The notes beneath the pieces were generated by a model that was given only the letters and a program-made list of their open reading frames with translations, had not been told where the DNA came from and ran no database searches. This document shows positions 51,490-61,433 of a stretch of 64,000 nt of DNA, in pieces; the first letter of the stretch is position 1; the number at the start of each line of letters is the position of its first letter. Position numbers and translations under genes: made by a program. The DNA is from Hydrolagus colliei (Eukaryota), in NCBI GenBank assembly GCA_035084275.1, contig CM068758.1:10540001-10604000 (forward strand), written 5' to 3'.

Positions 51490-52065
51490 TGTGAAATCCC
51501 CGGTGAGGAGGGGTTTGGAGTCAGAGACTCTCACTCTCTCTCCCTGTGTGAGGTCCTTCTTCACATCCCCAGGGAGGACCTCGCTTCTTCACATTCTCGT
51601 TCAGCCCCATTTTAACCCTGTTTTACCTCAGACCGTTTTGACCGTTTTAACTCATCCCACCTTTCCCTCCCTCTCCCCCCTTACCCTCTTTTCCCCCTTT
51701 CTCCCCTGGCCCCATTTTCGCAATTGTTTGTGGGGACACTGCTGAGCGCAATTTGGCTGCCGCGTTTTGCCCACAAGTATACTGTAGACTTTCCTGCTTT
51801 TCTTCCCCCTACCTCGACCCCTCCCCTTTTGCTTCTTTACCCCCTTTTGCCCCTAGTCCCACTTCCATGACTGATTGTGGGACACTGCTGTGCGCAATTT
51901 GGCTGCCACGTTTCGCCCACTAATATACAGTTACTTTTCCTACTATTCTTAATCCTGCCCTGATCCTTCCCACCCTGCTCTTGTCCTACCTAACTGTACA
52001 GCGCCTTGGGATGTCCTCTCGACGTGAAAGGCGCTATATAAATGTAAGTTTTGTTGTTGTTGTTG
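51490..52065 (+). mobile_element. Retroposon with two Deu-like cores and an L2 3' tail
   Basis: TTGTGGG(G)ACACTGCTG-GCGCAATTTGGCTGCC-CGTTT-GCCCAC occurs twice (about 51724-51785 and 51868-51930) in pyrimidine-rich spacers; ends CAGCGCCTTGGGATGTCC...GTGAAAGGCGCTATATAAATG-(TTG)n. Confidence 0.6.
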
Positions 52066-54904
52066 TATTGATAAAAGTAAATTATCCAAATTGTCAAACC
52101 ATTTATTTTAAAAATAGTTTTCAATATACCCTGGGCTGCTAGTTTACTATTAGATGCCCTCCCAACATGAAAGGCATAAGTGTAATTTTGTTGTTGTTGT
52201 TGTAGATAACAACCATACTCTGTGGAGAGTTGGAGAAACATGCTTTCCTCTCCTGTACCATGAATGTTAAATGTAGGTGGAAAAGAGTCAATTAGAGAGC
52301 GATTTAATACATATGAATGAACAGTGTGATGTCATTAGTTAATTAAGGGAGTGCTTCACAATTGGCAAAGCTATTCTTTTTGAATTCTTAGCTCTCCCAT
52401 ATATACTGTGGCATCATTTTAGAAGTAGTTTAGAGATGTATTGATAGTAGCCATCTTTTTGTGTTTCTCAACACTATCATATTCTTAAGAGCCAATGTCT
52501 ATTGTAATTTTTATTATAAGTTTAAAATTACAGTATTATTTAACTGTGCAATGTTTATAAAACAACTCCCCAAAAAGCAAGGAATCAAATATCTTTCAAT
52601 TATATTTTCCTATGCTATTTCCTTCATCCCTGCTGTGCTGGTCACCTACGATAACTCCTCTTTCTATACCCATTCCTTATTTTTTCAGCGATCCAGTAGC
52701 CAGGACAAATTAACTGAGCCTGAAAATGGAGTACTTAGAGTATTGGGAATAGAGATGAAATGACATAGAATGGAATTCAGTGCTTTAATGTGAGACATTT
52801 CAATCCATTAAATCCTTCAAAGATAAGATGATGCCAAAGGTGGTGATGGAAAAGCTTCCAAGTGAAACAGAAGTTTTCATATGAGATTATGTGTGAAATT
52901 GGCATGAAAAGTCTAGATTTTCCCCTCTAGTCACTTGTCTATTATTAGATCTTTTGTGGGAATTTGGAAAATGAAATAATTTGTTTTGTAACTTGTGGGA
53001 GACCATTGTCCAAACAGAATACTGTCATCTATAGTGGAGACATTGAAGTGCAGTGTTTAACCCTCTGGGCATTTTGACAAGGTGTCAAATATTTGTCTTA
53101 TGGATTTCTTACTTCTAAAGTACTTCTAAGACAGTAATATCTTTATGCAAAGAAAAATTAATTACTTATGAAACATTATCACTCAAAGCATGCCTGACAT
53201 TTAGACTTAATAAGAAAAGAAAAATATTCAAAATTGTTTCTCCCAGTGTCCTGGCCATCAGCCCTCCCCAAATAAAATTGGTGATTACTTCATAGCTGTC
53301 GAGGGTCATTGCTGTGTGCAAATTGGCTGTGGCTGCAAGAGACTACATCTACAGTGAATTTTGTGAAATGCTTTAAAGTGTTCTTCCGGTGTGAAAGCCG
53401 CTATCAAATGTAAGGATTATTATGATTTTAACACTGTTTGTATGTATGTATCATCACTAAGGCTGTGTAAATTGAGGTATGAGCACTTCATGGCAAATGC
53501 ATCTTATTACTGTTGTAATCATGTTTTCATTAAATGCACCGAAGACTACTTTTAAAAAGACACATTCAGTATCTGTTGATGCTGCCTGCAAACTGGCAGA
53601 AAATTAATGCAACCTTTTTAAAATATATGTATGAAATGGTGCAGTTTTATTATTTTGAAAGCACTGGCTGTTTGTACTTAATTTGCTTAAAATATCTAAT
53701 ATGTCTCCCACATTTTTGGTCGCCAATTTTCTCTCCTCTTCAAGCTGCTGCTGATTTTGCAGGGGTACTGTTTCAAGGGCGCCATTCGCCCTCAGGCAAT
53801 TTGCCCAAGTGGCTCTTCATGCATGACAGAAGTTACTGCTGATAATAATACTTTTGTACTTTTCAAGATTGAGGAAAATGAGAAGCTTACTTTGAATTAT
53901 TTATAAATTCATCACCTTTGGAATCTGAAGCTAATTATATTGAAGTATTGTTAGGAGTTTGAGGTGTGAAAATGTATTTTTAGGAAGATTTAAAATGTTA
54001 ATTTTTCTTTACCATGAGAAAAAGGGCTAATCCAGAATATAGTATTGCTAAGCAATACTGTAAGCAATACTTGGAAATTAACTGTGATACACTGAAGTTT
54101 GTTTTAATGTATTGACTTTATTCGAGATCAACTGATTGTTGCAAACGAGATTCGTCACTGGCAAAAATGTTCTCAAAACTTGGACTGTTAGCTTAATATT
54201 TGGGAGCCTAAACACTTATTCAGAAATTACACAAATATTTTGTAATTAACTTTTTGAAACTTATGTTGAAAAATTGTACCATGTTTACAGTTTGCACTGC
54301 AATGTTTGTGGACTTTAAGTGCCTCATCCTTTCTTGGTTATGGATCCAGCAAAAATAGAGTTGTGCCTTCCTGAAATGGAGAATAAGATGGCTAACTTGC
54401 CCTCTTGAATAGCAGATGTATTAGCAGAATTTGAAATCTTACAAATATTGGATTGCAAAAGAGTTGCTTTGGGTACATGTATCGTTTGTTGACATTATAT
54501 ATTTGCAGTGTTTTTTTTCTTGATTTACACTACCCTTGGAGTTTCAATACAGCTCTGAGGCATAGAACCATTGATAAACAACAACAACTTGCATTTATGC
54601 GGCACCCTCCACCAATGGTAGTGTCTCAAAGTACTTAGCAGTGGCAGAACCTCACTCTGAGCCACTGGGAGGTGAGAGGTGGCTGTGGACTATGGTTGAA
54701 GAGGAAAAGTTTCAGGCAGCATTTGAAAGGGGGCAAAAAGGAGAGATTGAGGGAATGTGTTCCAGAGTACTGGGGCGTAGTGGCTTGGTGGTTAATTTGA
54801 TATTGTGATAAGCATTTTTCATGAATTGTTGTGTACTTTCTGTTTCATTTCCATATCAAAATGCTAAGAAAACTACTATTAATAGTGAAACATAAAGGGA
54901 AACA

Positions 54905-56180
54905 AAAATAAGAACATAAGAATAAGGAGCAGAAGTAGGCTATTCGGCCCTTCGAGCCTGCTCCGCCATTCAATAAGATCATGGCTGATCTTCTCACCTA
55001 ACTCTAATTACCTGCCCCATCCCCATATCCCCTAATCCCTCTATTTAAAACAAATCTATCAGCCTCAGCCTTGAAAATGTTCAAGGACTGAGCATCTACA
55101 GCCTTCTGGGGTAATGAATTCCATAAATTCACTACCCTCTGAGTGAAGAAATGTTTCCTCAACTCTGTTCTAAGCGGCTGACCCTTAATTTTAAGACTGT
55201 GACCCCTGGTTATAGATTCTCCTACCAGGGGAAACAGTCCCTCAGTGCCTACTTTATCTAGCCCTTTAAGAATCTTATAGATTCATAGAATTTTACGGCA
55301 CAACAGGAGGCCATTCGGCCCATCTAGTCTGTGCCGGCTCTTTGAAAAGATATGTTTCAATAAGATCCCCCCCTAATTCTTCTGTACTCCAGAGAATACA
55401 GCCCTAGTTTATTCAACCTATCCTCATAGGTCAGTCCCCTCATTCCAGGAACTAACCTAGTGAATCTACACTGCACCGCCTCTAAGGCAAGGATGCCCTT
55501 TTTTAAATAAGGAGACCAAAACTGCACACAATACTCTTGCAGTTGCAGCAAGACTTCCCTCCTCTTGTACTCTAAACCTTTTGAAATGAACGCTAGCATG
55601 CCGTTTGCCTTCTTAGTTGCTTGCTGCACCTAACCTTTTGGGACTGGTGTACAAGGACACCCAAATCCCTTTGAACACCAACACTGTCTAACTTTGAACC
55701 TGGTTCAATTCCCAGGCAGGACAAACCCTGCCTAACCTTTTGAAATGAACGCTAGCATGCCGTTCGCCTTCTTAGTTGCTTGCTGCACCTGCAAACTAAC
55801 TTTTTGGGACTGGTGTACAAGGACACCCAAATCCCTTTGAATACTAACACTATCTAACTTTTCCCCCTCTAGAAAATAATCTATTCTTTTATTCTTGCTA
55901 CCTAGGTGAATAATTTCACACTTGCTAACATTGAATTCCATCTGCCACCTACTTGCCCACTGCCCTAGCCTATCTATATCTTGTTGCAATCTTTTGCATC
56001 ATCCTCAGAGCTCACTCTGCTACCTAGTTTAGTGTCATCCGCGAATTTAGACACGTTACATTCAATGTTCTCATCTAGGTCATTGATATAAATAGTAGAT
56101 AGCTGAGGCCCAAGCACTGATCCTTGTGGCACTCCACTAGTTACATCCTACCAATTCGAGAATGATCCGTTTATCGCTAC
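54905..56180 (-). mobile_element. 5'-truncated CR1 LINE with an internal duplication and small insertions
   Basis: Minus ORFs [23 protein letters not shown] and YCVQFWSPYLKK..LEAVQCRFTRLVPGM; 3' end AGAACATAAGAATAAGGAGCAGAAGTAGGC. Confidence 0.92.
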
Positions 56181-57234
56181 ATCTAAATGATACTTTCTAG
56201 ATGATACTTTCTGTTCTGTTTCCTCAAGTTCAAAATCATTCAGCTGCCTCCGCCCTCCGAACTGCCACCCTTCTCCATTTCCCTCCCAAACTCCAGGCCC
56301 GTACGCAGGGGGGGTGCGTACGCACCCCCCCCAAATTATAAAAGGTCCACATTTTCCGGGGTAGAGAATTGTATTTTTTATCAAATTTAAATACCAAGTA
56401 AATTTATTGAGCATTTGTGTAACAATCAGTTCTTCAAAACTATGTATAAATTATGAACACACATCTTTGAATGTTTTAGTATTAATATAAAATTATCGAG
56501 TCGCACACCAGAATCGGCGTCTACCCAAAACATACCGCGTCGATAGACGAGTCACGAGTCTGTGACTCGTGACTGGATAAACATAGGCGCGCGCCAAGAC
56601 TCAAATCCATCCTCGTTTGGAAATCATCCCGTATACAGCCACAAGTGTAGCACCACTACTGGAAGCTAAAATCATCTTTTCATCTGATCACCGTAAGTAA
56701 AAATTGCTCAAGTTTTGAGAGGTGTGACTGTAATGCTAGCAAACAATGACAACATATTTACAAGCTTCTGAGAAATTAAAGCTTTTGAGAACCCAACCAA
56801 AAAGTTATATGTGTCTGGACGGGAATGCCTATCTTTAAAAAAGATACTCATGGACGTAGGCCTATGCTTTAGCGCCTATGTCTACGTGGTGTGTCAATTG
56901 GAAATCATCCCGTATACAGTCACTACATAAAAAGGTAGCAACACTTTGTGGAAGCTGAAATCGTATTTTAATCTGATAAATGTAAGTAAAACTGACTTAA
57001 GTTTTGATAGGCGTGTTTCTGAAATATCACGTTTCTTGTTTTGACTTGATTATCACATTTGATTTATATTATTAAAAATGTATTCCTGTAATTAAAAATT
57101 GCTTTTAGAGACGTCCACTGGTATGCAAAAAAAATATGACCGCAAAGATAAACAGTGCGACTTTATTTCACATTCAGTTTTGTACCCAGAGTGAAAAAAC
57201 ATCAATGTCGCACGAATTTGGCATAAAAATAGTT

Positions 57235-57653
57235 TCACCATCATCTGATCGAGCGAACTCGGGCATTGACAACCACACTTCTCCACTGATCCCTTCTCTC
57301 CATGCAGCCTGACAACTCCCGCCTGCCAATACCCGAATCGCGCTCCAGAGTATCGATGTAGGTTAGGGTCGGTCTACCTCGTGTTCTGTGACCGTGCAAT
57401 GGTTCCCATATGATAGTAGGACTATGGACAGTTTCCTCCCGGCTTCTCCAGCTATGTCCGCTAAACCTAAGACGCCTCTGCAGTAATGTCTGTGATACCA
57501 GTGTGGTAGTGTACCATATAGCTCACTATTTGTCAGATGCTGTCGCCAGTAAAATTCAGGGCGTCTCTTAGAAGCCTGGTATATACCTCATGAGTCACCT
57601 AATCTCCTGGTCAAGGTTTGCGTAAGTGTCCAGCATTCTGCTCCATATAGGAG
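57235..57653 (-). mobile_element. 3' end of an RTE-clade LINE embedded antisense in the hAT element
   Basis: With frameshifts, the minus strand reads LLYGAECWTLTQTLTRRL..YTRLLRDALN.YWRQHLTNSELYGTLP.VSQTLLQRRLRFSGHSWRSREE...IIWEPLHGHRTRGRPTLTYIDTLERDSG...MERRDQWRSVVVNARVRSIR* followed by a TGA-TGG-TGA end. Confidence 0.85.
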
Positions 57654-57779
57654 CGACTTTCAGCACTCGCGTTAATGCACATTCATTATAATATGGAAAT
57701 CGATATTGGTAGAGTGGTTGACGTATTCGCTTCAAAGCGACCAAGGCGTCTCGAATATGGAACGCTATTAAATAATTAA
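57651..57779 (+). pseudogene. hAT transposase C-terminal remnant (end of the dimerisation domain, ZMYM1/THAP12-like)
   Basis: Translates ERLSALALMHIHYNMEIDIGRVVDVFASKRPRRLEYGTLLNN*, the ERLxxLALxHIH...IDxxxVxDxFAxxxPRRL motif. Confidence 0.85.
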
Positions 57780-60399
57780 TTTCCCCTCCCTTATTTTTTC
57801 AAGTATTTTTTCGTCAGATCAGTATTGCTTGATGGGTCACTTCCTTTAATTTTGATTCGAAATAAATAAATAAAAACTAACTGCACTATTGCTCACAGTT
57901 CAACGATATTTTCAGGATAATGCTGATAACAGGCTTGTAACACGTGTGAATTAACTGTTTTACACTGATTTTCAGTTTCTGTATATTTTCTTGTCTTTTA
58001 TAAAATTTGCTTTGCTGGAATATCTGAGCACATAATTCATACTTTACTCTTACATTATTGTTCATTACAGTCCGAAAGAAATTGAGTCTTAGGATAACAA
58101 TGCAGAACAACTTATTAATTACTGTCAATCTGTAGTTTATGATCATTTTCTCTTATACGCATACATTTATCAAGCATTCGTCATTGTACTGTTTTAATTG
58201 GATTGTAATTTACTTTATCGTTCACATTCCGTACATCATCGAGTCAATCATCGAGTCAACAATCGTGTTTGCTATTATCGGTGAACACATTCGACCTTCC
58301 CAAAAAATTTAGACACGGACCGGGGAAAATAAAAACACTGAATAAATAATGATGCTCTTAAACACCAAGGGCATGAAACATTTACCGTTCATATTGGATC
58401 TTCTGAACCGATTAAATAAAACCTCAAACTGAGTAAAACGTCGGAGCCTCGAGGGGGCTTCGGGGGCAGCCCGCAAGCCCCCGGCCATTGTTGGTCCCAT
58501 CACTAGCAATTCGCACCCCCCCATTAAAAATCCTGCGTACGGCCCTGAACTCCGACCCATACCTATCCCTTCTTCCTTCCATACTCTCAAACCTGTCTCT
58601 CCTCTATCATCACCACTGTATGATCTGTGAAGTCTACCACCTGCTCCCTTGACCCCATCCCCACCCCTCTCCTTACCTCCCAGCTCCACCTCCTCATTCC
58701 CCTACTCTCCAACACTATCAATCTCTCCCTATCATCTGGCACTGTTTGCATCCCTCTCAAAACAGCCACAATGAACCTCTCCTGAAGAAACCTTCCCTGG
58801 ACACATCCCTGCTTTCCAGTTATCTACCCATTTCCAACTTACCTTTTCTTTCCAAGGTCCTTGAAAAAGTTGTTACTTCCTAGCTTTACTCTTTACTCTT
58901 TCCTCTCCTCCCACTCTATCCAAGAGCCCTTCCAATCAGATTTCCATGCTGCTCAGAGCATGGAAACTGCTCTAGTCAAGATCACAAATGACATCTGTCC
59001 ATCTGTGACCAGGGTTCTCTCTGTCTCTTTGTCCTCCTCGACCTCTGCCGCCTTTGACACCATGGACCACTTGATCCTCCTCCACCGCCTCTCCTCTCAC
59101 CTCAACCTTCAAGGTTCTGACCTTGACTGGTTCAGGTCCTACCTCTCACACCATCTTCACTTTGTTTCCACCAACGGTCTCACTTCCATCGTCCGCACCG
59201 ACTCTACGGTGCTCCTCGAGGGTTCTGTCCTCGGTCCCCTACTCTTCAATCAATCAATCAATCAATCAAACATACATTTATATAGCGTCTTTCACGTCAA
59301 GAGGACACCTCTGCATGCTTCATTCAAATCATTCAAATCATTCAAAACTCTGCAGCTCATGTTCTCTCCCGCACTGGGCTCTGCGACCCCATTAGCCCCA
59401 CCCTTGCCCGGCTCCACTGGCTCCCCATCCCACAGAGTATAGAATTCAAGATTCTCATCCTCACTTTGGTGGCCCTCCATGGCCTTGTGCCCTCCTACCG
59501 TTCTGACCTGCTGACCCTCTATCAACCTGTCGCTACCATTGGTGGCCGAGCTTTCAGCCTTTTCTGCCTCCACACTTTGATATTCCATCCCACAGTCCTT
59601 TCGCTTTACTCCCTCCTTTGTCTCCTCTAAGGCTGGTTAGGTTAGCGGGCAGGTTGGTACGGGGTTAGGAGGTCTCAGAAATAGGAGGGTGCAAGGCCAT
59701 GGAGGCCTTTGAAGGTGAGGACCAGGATCTTGAACTGTATCCTCTGTGTGATGGGAAGCCAGTGGAGTCCATTTTAAACATTCAACAAATACACTTCCAC
59801 CTTTTTGTAGCATACCTAACTAACTCAAACGATTATGACTATTTCCTGAAAGCACTAAGTCATTGTGATGTAGTGATCAATTAAATATTGGGATACATTT
59901 TATAGGCAGGCATTTCAATGCAAGTTGAAATAACTAATTTCAGTCTTGCATAGATCATTGGTGATATTGCATTTGAAATACTGTAGCATTTGAATACCTT
60001 GTCATGACAAAAGAGATTTGGATAAAGCCATCTGATCTAATTTTTTCATAATATGACCCCTAGCATCTTTCCATAAATGGTAATGAGCTGATTCTTAAAT
60101 GACTTCAGTGTCATAGCTTCAACCATCTTTCCTGGTAACCTGTTCCCACTGTTGATTAACCTTTGTGTAAATAATGACTCCCTAATGTTTAGCCTAATCT
60201 TGCAATCTGAATAATATTCAGTCATTATGACTTGCTTTGAAAAGTGTAAGAAATGTTGAGAGAATGAGCTGTCGATGTATAAAAGATTGTTTAATCCTTT
60301 AGTCATTTCGTTTAGCGTGTTTATTTATAAAATATATTTCTTTAGGGATAAAATGTTTCAGTAAAAAAGTATCTCCCCCACAATTAAATACTAAGGATA

Positions 60400-60680
60400 T
60401 TAATTTCGTTGGGACAGATTCCTTTCACCATACGCCTCTGTTTACCCAGCAGTAAGTATGAACCTGGTTGTTAATCGATTGTGTTTCTGGGTGTAATAAT
60501 TTCTTAACAAAAATAAAAAGAAATTGGTCACTTAATCTGCGACTGAGGACACTGTTGTGCGTAATTAGCTGTTGCATTTTGCCTACAAAAATATTCAGTT
60601 ATTTCACTTTATAGTATATTCTGAAGGGGAGAGATGTCTCAAAGGCATGATATCAAATGCAAGCATTATTATTATTATTA
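60400..60680 (+). mobile_element. Diverged long-form SINE
   Basis: CGCCTCTGTTTACCCAGCAGTAAG segment, body and ATCAAATGCAAGC(ATT)n tail. Confidence 0.75.
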
Positions 60681-60989
60681 CAAACGTTAACTGTGTACAA
60701 TACAATGTAGACACAATTTGTTTGTTTTATTGTAAAATTCAGCATACCTCAAATGAACAAATGATGACCTTGCTTATGTTTTGTACCTGGATGTAGCCTA
60801 TACCTCTTTTCTTTCCCACATGTTTAGTTTTTAAAGTTGCTTTGAATGGTAATTTGTCAAACTTGTTTTATTTGTAGCTGTCGGTTAGGGTAGAAGTGTT
60901 GCTGAATCCTGTTCTTACTCCTTTACTAACCTGCCATCTAACTAGAGCAGTTAGGGAAAGTATAAAACTAAGAGAAAAGGCCTATAATA

Positions 60990-61433
60990 TAGGTTGAGCG
61001 TTCCAAATCCGGCAACCTCGGGACCGAGGCCGAACCGGTTTTTGTGTTTTTCCGGACTTTGGAACATGTTTCTGGTGTCCGAAGTCCGGAAACACCTGAG
61101 CCCAGGTTCGGATATTTCCATTCTTTGGATCACCAGAAGCACGTCACGAGTCCGGAAACGCCTGGGCCCAGGTTGCGATATTTTGGTGCGGTGACTATGA
61201 AGACCTAGTCTGGAACAAGTAGGATTGGCATTTTTATTCTTGCAATTTTTGTCACTGTACAGTAGTTGGATTTCATTTTTAACTTTTCACTGGGCTCGGC
61301 TGGCGGCGGAAACGGTTTGACAGGGTGTCCGGATTCCGGAACATTTTACGGACTCCGGACGACCCTGCCACCAATCATCCCGGATTCTGGAACATTCTGG
61401 ATTCCGGAACTCTGGATTTTGACGTTCGACCTG
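60990..61433. mobile_element. Second Tigger/pogo-like MITE family
   Basis: Imperfect TIRs TAGGTTGAGCGTTCCAAATCCGG / CTGGATTTTGACGTTCGACCTG; TA on the left only; many subterminal TCCGGA motifs. Confidence 0.7.

Larger units (their letters stand above)
56294..58547 (+). mobile_element. Non-autonomous hAT-superfamily DNA transposon with 5-bp TSD (hAT5-like)
   Basis: 16-bp TIRs CAGGCCCGTACGCAGG / CCTGCGTACGGCCCTG (1 mismatch); flanked by AACTC (56289-56293 and 58548-58552); retains the transposase C-terminus at 57651-57779. Confidence 0.88.
56237..59635 (+). mobile_element. Decayed L2 LINE interrupted by the hAT element at 56294-58547
   Basis: PFQSDFHAAQSMETALVKITND, AAFDTMDHLILLHRL and GSVLGPLLF RT motifs in ORF 58861-59442; C-rich L2 sequence resumes across the AACTC duplication. 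Confidence 0.8.
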
